64,000 bases of DNA from a bacterium (GTDB taxonomy: Bacteria; Electryoneota; Electryoneia; Electryoneales; Electryoneaceae), in NCBI GenBank assembly GCA_963669175.1, contig OY769902.1, positions 288,001 to 352,000 on the forward strand, given 5' to 3'. Numbering within the stretch: position 1 is the first letter of the stretch; the number at the start of each line of letters is the position of its first letter. The notes under the pieces were generated by a model. The model did not search any database. It had not been told where the DNA came from and worked only from the letters and a program-made list of their open reading frames with translations. The translations under genes were made by a program, and so were the position numbers. This document shows, one piece after another, positions 19,465-29,918 of this stretch.

Positions 19465-21324
19465 ATGACTGACTTCATCCTGGAAACAAATGCTGCTGTG
19501 CCAGATATTGAGTGGAAGCATGAACCTTTCACTGAGCAGCCCTGGTCCCTTGCCACAACTCTGAAGACGTACCGTTACCAGGGAAAGGGCTGGCGTTTTC
19601 ATGGTGTTATTCTTCCTGATGCCTTGCATACTCTTGCGGAGGACAGCAATTGGTTCATGATTGTATATGGCCATCCTTATGCCTCTGCCCACTGGCAACC
19701 TGACAGGATGGGGCCAACGCCATCCGGACGCTTGCAGGCTTCTCAACTCCTGGCCTTGTGGATTGATCACGGTGCAGCTTGTACACAAAGAATCGCCGGT
19801 GATTACGCCCTGATTATCCTGGAAAAAAATACACTTCAGATTCAATTGCTGGGTGGGATGCAGCTACTGAGATTTGTGTATTATCATGCAGCAGGCTATA
19901 CCGTACAAGTAACTACCTCCCTGTATGAAGCGGCACGACTGGCCGATACTGCCCCGAAACCTGATCCTGCAACCCTGATTGAAACAGCTATCTTTGGGCA
20001 TTCCCTCGGTGAAAAGACCTTGTGGAAGGGATACAGTTCCCTGTTACCCGGCGAGCATGTTCAGCTTTCCTATACAAATTTCTTCCGGAAATTCTGGATT
20101 AACATGTCCGACAATTTCCACAATATTAAATCTCTGAACCTTGACCAGTCCATCGAAGCGGGGGCGCTGGCCCTGTCCAACTGCGTTGCTTCGATGTCCA
20201 AAGATATACAGAAAATGAGAATCCCTCTTTTCCTTGGCTTCGATTCACGGTTGATTCTTTCCATGATGTCCCAGGGGAAAACGTCCTTGAATGGCATCAC
20301 CCTTGGCGGCGCGGATATTCTTGACCAGACACAAGTAGCCAAGATCGCCTCTTCCGTATCACTGCCGTTGACCGAAGTACCCCTGGACGATGAATTCGTC
20401 AATTATTTCCCGGACTTCGGCCTGCATGTTATTAAACTGGTTGATGGTTTCTACTCGTTTGAGCGCTCTTTCAATCCCTACATGATGTACAAGACCCGTG
20501 ATCTGTCCAACTTTGTCATCACCGGGTCTATTGGCGGCGATCTGTTACAGCCATTCCGTAAAATCGGGACCATGGTAACTGAACTGGGATTCAAGATTCT
20601 TACTGCACACAGTCCCGTGGATACCATGAACAGCCTGTTCTCGGAAATTGTAGCGGAGTGTCCGTGGATTCGTGAAGAGATTTTCAACAGCTATTTTGAT
20701 GAAGCGTTGTCTTCCTATTGGGATCTGCTGGGCGCGTTGAGCAATGTGTTTGAACCGCACGTTCGCTTTTACTATTTCATCCTGAAAGATTCTATCCGCA
20801 AGTGGTATGGCTCCCAGATCATGTCCGAACGCACGTTTGGCATCCACTTGACCCCGTTCTGGGATGATGAGTTTGTCCGTGTGGCGCTGCAATGCCCCTT
20901 TACCCCGATTACCAGTACCACCTCAGGGCCTTCGGTGGGCAATACCATGAAGGCGTTCCAGTTTTATTCCAAGTTGATCGAGAAATACAATTCTGCGTTG
21001 TTGGGTGAAACAACGAAATATGGTTTCGCGCCTGCAGACCTGCTGAGCCCGATGGGACGTCAAAAAGTCCGCATGCAGCATGTCTTTAAAAAATGGTCGG
21101 TTTCTTCACACAAACCCGGCCTGCCCTACGAAAAATGGGACCGTGAATTCCTGTGGAAAATGCTGCCACGCCTCGAGCTGAACGACGAGTTGTTCAACGT
21201 GAACATCGTTGATGATTTTGAGGAAGGTTCCTGGAAGGCGGATCGTCTGCACTACGCCCGTACCGTCTCACAAGCCATGACCCTGGCCCTCTGGAACAAC
21301 GGCCTGAAAGACCCCTGGTTGTAG
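19465..21324 (+). CDS. asparagine synthase-related protein (degenerate motifs)
   Basis: LFLGFDSR (cf. LSGGxDSR), TGSIGGDL, TPFWDDEFV; no N-terminal Cys. Confidence 0.6.
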   Translation: MTDFILETNAAVPDIEWKHEPFTEQPWSLATTLKTYRYQGKGWRFHGVILPDALHTLAEDSNWFMIVYGHPYASAHWQPDRMGPTPSGRLQASQLLALWIDHGAACTQRIAGDYALIILEKNTLQIQLLGGMQLLRFVYYHAAGYTVQVTTSLYEAARLADTAPKPDPATLIETAIFGHSLGEKTLWKGYSSLLPGEHVQLSYTNFFRKFWINMSDNFHNIKSLNLDQSIEAGALALSNCVASMSKDIQKMRIPLFLGFDSRLILSMMSQGKTSLNGITLGGADILDQTQVAKIASSVSLPLTEVPLDDEFVNYFPDFGLHVIKLVDGFYSFERSFNPYMMYKTRDLSNFVITGSIGGDLLQPFRKIGTMVTELGFKILTAHSPVDTMNSLFSEIVAECPWIREEIFNSYFDEALSSYWDLLGALSNVFEPHVRFYYFILKDSIRKWYGSQIMSERTFGIHLTPFWDDEFVRVALQCPFTPITSTTSGPSVGNTMKAFQFYSKLIEKYNSALLGETTKYGFAPADLLSPMGRQKVRMQHVFKKWSVSSHKPGLPYEKWDREFLWKMLPRLELNDELFNVNIVDDFEEGSWKADRLHYARTVSQAMTLALWNNGLKDPWL

Positions 21325-21452
21325 TTCGCACGGTAAAACCGTGGTTGCATTATGATTTACCATACTCTTTCATAAATGGCATTCTGACGCTCATGAGGCC
21401 ATAAATACATTTAATATATTCTCTTATTTCTTATTCACTTACACAGTCATAT

Positions 21453-21514
21453 TGCAAGATTCCGACCTGCTCCACTGCAAATTTCCGACCCATTAGACTG
21501 CAAGATTCCCGACC
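21453..21514. repeat. three direct repeats TGCAAgaTTCCGACC, 23-bp period
   Basis: Copies start at 21453, 21476, 21499. Confidence 0.7.
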
Positions 21515-21579
21515 TGTAGTGAGCTGTGTAGAAAAGGAAGCGGGGCAGCGAGGTCGTCTGTCAGAGGGAGGCAGGTCCG

Positions 21580-24500
21580 CTACCGTTCTTTCACTTTCAC
21601 GATGATCTCAGTAATCACTGTTCCGGAATCCAGCCCGGTGCCGTCATCCACGGTCAGTTTTACCCGATAGACACCTGTTTTGGCGAAAGCATGACGCACA
21701 CGTGAACCTGTCCCTGTGGTGCCGTCACCGAAGTCCCAGGCATAGGTCAGCGGGTTGCCATCAGGGTCGTACGTGTCCCTGGCGTCGAACAGGATTTCTT
21801 CATCCGCGCCTCCGGCCCGGGCGATACGGTCCAGCGAGCCAACTTCAACAACCGGTGAGGTGTTCACTTCGACCATTACCGTATCGGATACGGTTGCACA
21901 GATGGTCCCGGAATTGTCAGTCACCGTCAATACAGCCGTGTACAGGCCGGTCTTTTCATATTCGTGGGTGACAACCATACCTTCCGCGCCGGTGCCGTCC
22001 CCGAAGTTCCATTGGTAGCTGGTGAACAGTCCGTCGGGATCATGGGAAATGCTGCCGTCAAAAGTCGCCTTTTCTTTCGGGCTGATGGCGAAGTCTTTAC
22101 CGGCATAAGGGATCGGCGGCGTATTCACCAGCACCACTTTTACCGTCTGCACCTTGCTGTTGCCAACCTGCTTGCCATCATCCACGATCAGGCTGACAAG
22201 GTACATTCCCGGACGTTTGAAACTGTGGGAAACTGCACGTCCCTCGGCTTTGGTGCCGTCCCCCATGTCCCATTTCCACGCTACCAGGTCTTCCGCGCCG
22301 GTCGCGTCGTGAAAGCTCAGCTCTTCCCCGGCGCAGGCGACTCGTGGACCGACAATGGTCGGTTCTGGTGTGGGGTTGACCGTCACAACAACTGTATCCA
22401 TATCCCAATTATTGGACACATCGGTATTGTCGGTCACATGCAGCAACACAATATACTCGCCGCTCTGCGCGTAGCTTTTCCGTAAACGAATATTGTTCGC
22501 CCTGGCGCCATCGCCGAAATCCCATTCGTAGCGGGTGATGGTGCCGTCGGTATCTTTCGAAGCGGTGGCGTCAAAGATGATTTCCTCACCGATGCCGACA
22601 AAATGATCCTCACCTGCCTGTGCATCGGGCCGAGCATTAACCGTAACCACCTGCTGCGCCACACTACGGTTGCAGCTCGCTTTCGAGCTGGTGGTCACGG
22701 TCAGTGAAGCGTAATACACACCCCACTTTTCGTAGGTATGCGATACAATGTCGCCTTCCCCACGAGTACCATCACCCAGGTTCCATTCATAGGAGATAAT
22801 CTCGGCGCCGCCACTGGTGGACTGACCGCCGTTAAACGTCACCGGTTCTTTATTGGCTAACAGTTCCGGCACTTCAATAATGGCCGCCGGGGCTTCGTAT
22901 ATGGTCACTGAAACTTCATCGGTTGACGTATTGTCGCATTCACCCATACGGTCGCCGGTAACATTCAGCAGGACACGATACTCCCCGGCGGATTTGTAGG
23001 TATGCGTAGGTGTCGGCCCCAGCATGGTGGAACCGTCCCCGAAATCCCAGTGATACTCGTTGACCAGGCCATCGGAATCGTAGGAACGGGTGCCGTCGAA
23101 TCGGATTTCCGTATTCGCGCAGGCCACAATATCCGGCCCGGCATCCGCTACCGGGGATTCACCCACGTCAACCGTAATCTGATCTGATGCACGGTTACAC
23201 TCCAGCCCTGACGCATCTTCAACAGTCAAAACCACCTGGTAGGTTCCGCCACGTTCGTAGCGTTTTGCCGGGTTCACGCCACGCGCCTGGGTGCCGTCTC
23301 CGAAATCCCAGAAATACTTGAGCGGCCCGCCTTCAGGGTCTATGGAATAGCTGCCGTCAAAGAATATCATTTCCCCGGCACAGGAGTTGATCGAACCTCC
23401 AGCATTGGCGACTGGCGGTTGATTGATCGTTGCAATCAATGAAGAAACAGCGACAGAGTTTTCCAGCTTTGCGCCGTCGTCAACGGTCAAAGTTACCGGG
23501 TATTTACCACCCCTTTTGAAGGTATGGGTGACCTTCACCCCACGTTCACTTGGGCTGTCATCCCCAAAATCCCAGGTATACAGCAGGTTCTGGCCATCAG
23601 GGTCCATTGACGCGCTACCGTCGAAGGTGAGTGTCATCTGGCAGGTTTCGATATCCGGCCCCGGCTTGGAGATCGGCGAAGAATTAATCAGAATCTCAAT
23701 ACGGTCCTGCGCAGTACTGTTCGCAACGCCGGCATTATCCACCACGGTAAGGGTTGCGGTATACAAACCGCCCCGTTCGAAGGAACGCTTGATCTTCGCG
23801 CCCTGTGCCGAACCTTCTCCATCGCTGAAATCCCAGTAGAATGCAACCAGTTCGCCATCGGGATCATAGGAACGACGCGCGTTAAACGTCATCTCCACAT
23901 CGGGTGAACTGCTGCGGTCGCCACCGGCATTGGCTATCGGGGCTTCGTTGACTACAACATAGGTCTCGTCAATTCCCCACGCTTCCTCGTGGCAGGTGTT
24001 GTCCCGCACTGTCAGCATCACCGTATAACTGCCCGGCTTGTCATAAACATGTACCGGTGTGGGTGTGCCTTTGATTTTGGAAGTCGATGAAACGGTTGCC
24101 AGGTTGGGTTCAGCCATCGGTTCGGGTTCTGCAGCCACACTGTCGGAAACACTGACTGTTGTATCAGTAATGCCCGCGACGGTATCCGGCACAACCACTT
24201 CGGACGAATCGGGAATTTTCTCTTCAGTTTCAGGTGGCGCGGCATCGGTCAGGGATGTCGTGCCATCACCATAATCCCACTCCCAGCAGATGATTTCACC
24301 ATCCGGATCAATAGAGGCTGTGCCATCAAAATGGACTTGCTGTCCCGGCGCGACTACCTGGTTGGCCCCGGCATCGGCAAGGGGCTGATGGTTCACCTCC
24401 ACATTCATCTGGGCGCTGGTCTTATTCGTGGACGTGCCAGAATTATCCGTAACTGTCAGCGTAATGGTGAATACACCCGGGTTGCGGTAGGTGTGTATCG

Positions 24501-26607
24501 GCGATGCTTCTTCAGAAGTCCGTCCATCACCGAAATCCCAGAGATACGCAACAATCTCGCCATCAGGATCGTAGGATCTGCTTCCATCAAAGTTCAACTG
24601 GCTGGATGTCACCAGGGTGTCATTGCCCGGAACCGCCACCGGGGGTTCATTAATGCGAACGACAATGCTGTCTATGGCTGTATCGGTTGACGTTTTTGAA
24701 TCATCCATGACCGACAATGCGACGCGGTATTCACCCGGTTTGGCATACACATGGGTCAGGCGTGGCCCGATTTTCACATACCCATCACCGAAATCCCACT
24801 GGTAGGAGACGATACGGCCATCACGGTCAAATGATGCCGTCCCGTCAAACTCCAGCTCTTCCCGTGCGCTGCCGACCTTATTGCTTCCTGCTACCGCGAC
24901 CGGTTGATTATTGACGTGCACTTCCATGGTATCGCGCGCAACGCTGTTGCCCGTGGCGGCGTCATCTTCCACGGTACAGATCACAAAATACTTGCCCGAT
25001 TTGTCATAGACATACTGGACTTGCTGTCCTTCCAGCACTGTGCCGTCACCCATATCCCAGCGATGTACGGAAATCACACCATCAAGATCCTGCGACAATT
25101 CCGGGGTGAAGATCAGCGTATCACCGGGCGATGCGGTGCGATCTGCTCCGATATTCAGGATCGGTGCAGCGTTTACTGTGACTGTCAACGTATCTGAATC
25201 ATTATTGCAGGGATGCCCGGAGGTATCTTCCACCTTGAGCACCACGGTATATTTGCCGGGATTTTCGTAGGAATGGACGGTTTTTTCGCCCTCGCCATAC
25301 TCCCCATCCCCGAAACTCCAGGTATAAATCAGGCTGTCCCTGTCTGCGTCTGACGAAGCGGAAGCGTTAAAACCAAGTGGCTGTCGTGGCGGGGTAAGCA
25401 GGTCAATGCCTGCATCGGCTACCGGGGGATAATTCACATGGACAAGAATCTCGTCACGAGAGCTGTTGCCCACATGACCCGATTCATCGCTGACAAGCAA
25501 CTCAACATAATAATCGCCTGGTCCGCCGAAATCGAAGGTTGTGCGCATCCCGGTTGCCGTTGCGCTGTCGCCGAAAAACCAGGTGAATTGCATCGGGTCA
25601 CGGTCTTTATCCACTGTGCGGGAAGCATCCAGCATCATTGAACGGCAATCCGCCATCGGCTCGATTTTGTAGGCAATCTCAGGACGATGATTGCGTACCC
25701 TGAGCCGAATCGGCAACTCGATGGGAAGCGTCTTGCCCTGGTTGGTGGTCACGTAAAATGTGGCGTCATTGGGCATCTCTTCGCCGCCCTCGAACGCCAA
25801 CGCTCCATAAACACCTTTTTCACGTTCAATCAGCTCAACCGTACTCTCTATCCATTCATCCTGCCCCGAGGGGGCCACCACCAGCGAGGAACGGTACTTC
25901 GTTTCCACCGTCATATCTGCGCCGGTCAGGTCAAAATTGTGTACGGTCACCGATTCAATGGAGTCCGGAATACGGAATTTCATTTCCGCGAACACACCAC
26001 GCCAGGGCAGGCGAATGGTGGGTGCATACGTGATCATGGAAACGCCGCTTACCGGTTCACTGCGCTTGGGTTTACGGCTGAGTTCCACGTTATAGATGTT
26101 CGCATCATCCCCGGCCACACCCTGCACAACAAGTTTGAACGCACGCTTGCCATCCACCTCTTCACCCTGCGAAGGGCTGAACTGTACTACCGGTTGCCAG
26201 GTTTTATCGATGAAAGGTTCATCTTTGAAGGTGTGATCGTACAATAACTTCCCGGATGTCAGAACACTTTCTGAAGGGTTGGGGCTGTCGCAACCAGGGC
26301 AGGTCGCTGCCGATTCACCTCCGTAGAAAGCGAATCGTGTCTGGGTATCGTAAAGCTTGTAATAGCGTGAATCATCATTGCCGCCACAATCAGGATCATA
26401 AATCCGCAACCACAGGCTGTCCGTCACATCGGCGGGTACATAGAAGTAAAATACCTGGGTAAAATCGTCATCACCCTCTTGCGTACCGGCTTGGGGTCCA
26501 TAGGTGACAAAGTTCGCAATTTCGTCGGCAAACGCAGGCATCCCAACTGTCAGCAGAATGCCGACAAGCAGGATAAGAATTGCGTTATGTGCCAACAGGC
26601 GTTGCAT
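21580..26607 (-). CDS. secreted PKD-repeat protein (15 PKD domains)
   Basis: Signal peptide; 15 W-x-F/M-G-D-G-type motifs counted. Confidence 0.9.
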   Translation of the reverse strand: MQRLLAHNAILILLVGILLTVGMPAFADEIANFVTYGPQAGTQEGDDDFTQVFYFYVPADVTDSLWLRIYDPDCGGNDDSRYYKLYDTQTRFAFYGGESAATCPGCDSPNPSESVLTSGKLLYDHTFKDEPFIDKTWQPVVQFSPSQGEEVDGKRAFKLVVQGVAGDDANIYNVELSRKPKRSEPVSGVSMITYAPTIRLPWRGVFAEMKFRIPDSIESVTVHNFDLTGADMTVETKYRSSLVVAPSGQDEWIESTVELIEREKGVYGALAFEGGEEMPNDATFYVTTNQGKTLPIELPIRLRVRNHRPEIAYKIEPMADCRSMMLDASRTVDKDRDPMQFTWFFGDSATATGMRTTFDFGGPGDYYVELLVSDESGHVGNSSRDEILVHVNYPPVADAGIDLLTPPRQPLGFNASASSDADRDSLIYTWSFGDGEYGEGEKTVHSYENPGKYTVVLKVEDTSGHPCNNDSDTLTVTVNAAPILNIGADRTASPGDTLIFTPELSQDLDGVISVHRWDMGDGTVLEGQQVQYVYDKSGKYFVICTVEDDAATGNSVARDTMEVHVNNQPVAVAGSNKVGSAREELEFDGTASFDRDGRIVSYQWDFGDGYVKIGPRLTHVYAKPGEYRVALSVMDDSKTSTDTAIDSIVVRINEPPVAVPGNDTLVTSSQLNFDGSRSYDPDGEIVAYLWDFGDGRTSEEASPIHTYRNPGVFTITLTVTDNSGTSTNKTSAQMNVEVNHQPLADAGANQVVAPGQQVHFDGTASIDPDGEIICWEWDYGDGTTSLTDAAPPETEEKIPDSSEVVVPDTVAGITDTTVSVSDSVAAEPEPMAEPNLATVSSTSKIKGTPTPVHVYDKPGSYTVMLTVRDNTCHEEAWGIDETYVVVNEAPIANAGGDRSSSPDVEMTFNARRSYDPDGELVAFYWDFSDGEGSAQGAKIKRSFERGGLYTATLTVVDNAGVANSTAQDRIEILINSSPISKPGPDIETCQMTLTFDGSASMDPDGQNLLYTWDFGDDSPSERGVKVTHTFKRGGKYPVTLTVDDGAKLENSVAVSSLIATINQPPVANAGGSINSCAGEMIFFDGSYSIDPEGGPLKYFWDFGDGTQARGVNPAKRYERGGTYQVVLTVEDASGLECNRASDQITVDVGESPVADAGPDIVACANTEIRFDGTRSYDSDGLVNEYHWDFGDGSTMLGPTPTHTYKSAGEYRVLLNVTGDRMGECDNTSTDEVSVTIYEAPAAIIEVPELLANKEPVTFNGGQSTSGGAEIISYEWNLGDGTRGEGDIVSHTYEKWGVYYASLTVTTSSKASCNRSVAQQVVTVNARPDAQAGEDHFVGIGEEIIFDATASKDTDGTITRYEWDFGDGARANNIRLRKSYAQSGEYIVLLHVTDNTDVSNNWDMDTVVVTVNPTPEPTIVGPRVACAGEELSFHDATGAEDLVAWKWDMGDGTKAEGRAVSHSFKRPGMYLVSLIVDDGKQVGNSKVQTVKVVLVNTPPIPYAGKDFAISPKEKATFDGSISHDPDGLFTSYQWNFGDGTGAEGMVVTHEYEKTGLYTAVLTVTDNSGTICATVSDTVMVEVNTSPVVEVGSLDRIARAGGADEEILFDARDTYDPDGNPLTYAWDFGDGTTGTGSRVRHAFAKTGVYRVKLTVDDGTGLDSGTVITEIIVKVKER

Positions 26608-26619
26608 GCCCGATCCTTG

Positions 26620-28950
26620 TTAGTACTTGTAATCTCGCCGGTTACCGTTATAATCTTCAATACGCACCAGCACCAGCCGCACATCCCCTTCCACACCGGC
26701 AGGAATACGGATACGTCCACGATAATCGTTATACTGTTTCGAGAGTTTCAGCGCCCCGGTGTAACGAAATTCATCAATTTGCAGGATGAATGGCGCGGCT
26801 TCGTGCATCCCGGTGGGATCTTCCACCTTTACCGTCACCCTCACCAGTTCTCCGCCGGTTACATGCAGCGGGTCCACCAGCGCCCTGATCATGGCAGGCG
26901 GTTCGGTGTCCAACTCGATATTCAAGTGACGCACCGCCGGGTTACGCGCTTCATCAAACGCTTCCAGGCTGATCACATTTGCGCCGGAATCCAGCTCCAC
27001 AGTTGCTGCAAAACGCCCCGCCTCATCCAGTGAAACACCCTCGCCGTTCACTCGAAGCGACACACCACCCTGTACAGTTCCGTTCAGGGTAAGCTCTTTG
27101 TTGTTGCGTGTCTGAAGAGGTTCTTCGTCCAGCGTGATCACTGGCGGCAAGGTGTCCACAGTGACCACAAAACTGTCGGCCAGGGTCAAGCCGGACAATG
27201 ATGTTACAAGGATATCGAATACTTCCGTGGGCTCTTTGGCAGTCACATTCAGGAGGAAACTGCCCTCGTCATTGGCCAGGGATCGTCCCTTGAAATCGGA
27301 TTGACGTGATGTCACTTCAATCGTGGCTGACGGGTTGGTTTCACCGTAAAGCGTAACCCTCGGACTCTGACTCAGGAACGTGTTCTGTCCGATCGCGTGA
27401 ATTCCGGCTTCCATGGTCAAAGACATGGTTTCGTTGGCGAAAAAGGTAACCGTAACCGTCTTTTCCGTCTCGTTACCGGCGGGATCGATCACCAGGACAC
27501 GGATATCATTGGCCCCGTCAAGAATGGAAACTTCCCCGGTAAACGCCCCCTCGGAATCTACCTCGGCAGGTTGTCCCTTGATGAACACCTGCATACCGGG
27601 TTCGGTCGCTCCGGTGAAAGTTATCGGGCTTTCATTGACAATGATCCCATCTTTCGGGCTGTGCAATGCAAGGAAAGGCGGTGTGTGATCGATCTGGACA
27701 ATCAGCAGGCGTGGCTGGCTGGAGATTCCCCGCAGGCCATCCATATCCACCCCGGAAACTCGCCAGTACAATTCGCAGTCACGAAGCTCTTCCAGCGTCA
27801 TTTCGGTCAATTGAAGTCCGCTGTATACCCCGGTCACATTGCGGAAGGCGGAATCAGATGCCGTTTCAACCAGATACTGCCCCGCCCCATCGGCTGCTTT
27901 CCAGCTCAGCGACTCTGTTTCCGTATAAGCCGTCGCGCCATCTGCAGGCTGATCCAACCCAGGTTGTACGGCCAGCGAACGAACCGGGTCCAACACACCA
28001 ATTCCACGCGCGACAACCCCTTTACCGGTATTCAATGCAACGCTTGCATCGCCAGATTGGACTTGTAGCGTTCCTTCCATACATGAGATCGCTGTCTTTT
28101 TCGGAGTATGGCTGACCAGGAAATGTGCAGCCGAAGCGGAAATCGTTGCTTCCTCTGTTTTGATAGTCGGACCGGCATGATCAATCGAGGTTGAGCCACC
28201 CGATACGGATATGCTTCCCTCATCCAGTTGTACGATAATCTGCCTGCTGGAATCTGTCTCGTCTTCTGCTTGTGTGATAAAAGTAATTTGTGAGTTCTGG
28301 CCCAGTTGCAGCAGGGTGCCGTCACGGAAACGCAGTTCCGCAAACGCGCCGTGGAACGTGCGAAGCTGATCGCCCGGTTTTAGTGCGCCATACTGCTGCG
28401 CTGTGTTCCAGACAATGTCCTCGGCAGTCTTGGATTCAACTCGTTCGATCCGGTACAGGATAGCCGCCAGCGAAGAGTCATCTTTCTTCTGCTGGCAAAC
28501 CTGTATCGCTGCCCCGGCGATGGTCTGTGCGGATGTTGCCTGCTCCAGCGCTACGGTGAGGGCTTCGTTGCTTCGCTGATCACGGGCCTCGTCAAGCAAA
28601 CCGGCGGCGCTGTCCACTTCCGCAGGCGCCAGTATCAACGCCCCAAGTTCAATGGCCTGCCGGATGAGAACATCAGCTTGATCTATGGCATGAACCGCTT
28701 TGGACAAGTCAGTGACAGGAACCTGAAGGAGCATGCCAGCCGTGACAGAATCAGTCTCTTTCAGGTCGTTGAGCTTGAGAATCTCTTCCCAACGGGACAC
28801 ATCGCCCAGGTAGGTTTCAGCGACCTCACGCACTCCCTGCCCTTCTTTGACTGTCACGGACAGAGCGCCACCTTCCGGCTCTTTGGCAAAAGCCGTCGAA
28901 AACAAAATCACCAACGTGAGTAAACAGCAAACACGTCCAAGCAGGCGCAT
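26620..28950 (-). CDS. LysM + FecR-like + Fn3/Ig-like domain secreted protein
   Basis: VKEGQGVREVAETYLG..WEEI..LN (LysM-like); GDQLRT..AELRF.DGT (FecR-like); repeated DTxPP Ig modules. Confidence 0.75.
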   Translation of the reverse strand: MRLLGRVCCLLTLVILFSTAFAKEPEGGALSVTVKEGQGVREVAETYLGDVSRWEEILKLNDLKETDSVTAGMLLQVPVTDLSKAVHAIDQADVLIRQAIELGALILAPAEVDSAAGLLDEARDQRSNEALTVALEQATSAQTIAGAAIQVCQQKKDDSSLAAILYRIERVESKTAEDIVWNTAQQYGALKPGDQLRTFHGAFAELRFRDGTLLQLGQNSQITFITQAEDETDSSRQIIVQLDEGSISVSGGSTSIDHAGPTIKTEEATISASAAHFLVSHTPKKTAISCMEGTLQVQSGDASVALNTGKGVVARGIGVLDPVRSLAVQPGLDQPADGATAYTETESLSWKAADGAGQYLVETASDSAFRNVTGVYSGLQLTEMTLEELRDCELYWRVSGVDMDGLRGISSQPRLLIVQIDHTPPFLALHSPKDGIIVNESPITFTGATEPGMQVFIKGQPAEVDSEGAFTGEVSILDGANDIRVLVIDPAGNETEKTVTVTFFANETMSLTMEAGIHAIGQNTFLSQSPRVTLYGETNPSATIEVTSRQSDFKGRSLANDEGSFLLNVTAKEPTEVFDILVTSLSGLTLADSFVVTVDTLPPVITLDEEPLQTRNNKELTLNGTVQGGVSLRVNGEGVSLDEAGRFAATVELDSGANVISLEAFDEARNPAVRHLNIELDTEPPAMIRALVDPLHVTGGELVRVTVKVEDPTGMHEAAPFILQIDEFRYTGALKLSKQYNDYRGRIRIPAGVEGDVRLVLVRIEDYNGNRRDYKY

Positions 28951-29478
28951 GATTCAGTCCGCTTCAATGTCTGGGCTGAAAACAACCGTCATCAAACGAG
29001 CAAATTGTATTCCCACGAGGATACAATCGATTTCTCAACACGGATAATGTAACAAATCAAGACTCGCGAAACATATGGATTTCCCATTTATTCTGTGAAC
29101 ATGTTGAGATTGTGCCACTTAAACAAACCTGCGAAGTATCCCCCCTCATCTACTTGAAATTACTCTATCTAACCACACGATAGATCGAAAAACTGTTCTG
29201 TTTGGGCAGACTTTTCCTGCTCATTCTCTACGGACCACCCGGCGATGTCCCTGTTGGAGATGCAACTTCTTGAGCGCATGAAGAGGGAGGATGAGGTTCG
29301 ATTCGGACAAGAGCCCGAGTTGAATTAAGAATTAAAAATGAAGAATTAAAAATTGAACTGCATTGCGATTTAACGATTCGCGGAGTGAATTGCGGACTTG
29401 GTCGGATAGCCTGCATGGCCCGAGTTGTCGTGGCGATTAATGACTTTCACAGGGGTCACTTCCTGTCGCACAAAATGC

Positions 29479-29724
29479 TGCATGGCCCGACTTACCGGGT
29501 GTGCTGTATGACATTCTCGTATTGCCGACAACATCAGTCAATCATTGTCCTGTGATGCGGGTGATGAGCAAGTCGGGAACTGCGGACGGGTGGCCCTGTA
29601 CGTTTCAAGCAGTTCTGCAGGGCGTGCATGGCCCGACTTACCGGGCGTGCTGTATGACATTCTCGTATTGCCGACAACATCAGTCAATCATTGTCCTGTG
29701 ATGCGGGTGATGAGCAAGTCGGGA
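29479..29724. repeat. two 100-bp direct repeats (146-bp period), each bounded by CCCGACTT/AAGTCGGG
   Basis: 29479-29578 and 29625-29724 nearly identical. Confidence 0.85.
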
Positions 29725-29918
29725 TTGAGGAGAGGTTCACTACTTTGCCAATTCATAGCTATCAGATCTGGTCACATTCCCGACTTTGCCCAAAACCATC
29801 TCATGAGCGAAGAAGCCCTGTTAGTCAATCAAGAACAATGGAGATCTCAACCCCATCACAAGGCAAAATCGGGCTACCAAACTGACCTTCTTTACCTTTT
29901 TTACCTTCTTTACTTTTT

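Noticed and set aside
19465-21324. Lasso peptide cyclase
   Set aside because: No precursor, B1/B2 or ABC exporter genes nearby
29290-29310. tRNA (GGTTCGATTC T-loop-like)
   Set aside because: No cloverleaf or acceptor stem can be built around it
29479-29724. CRISPR array
   Set aside because: Only two 100-bp repeats, no unique-spacer series, no cas genes
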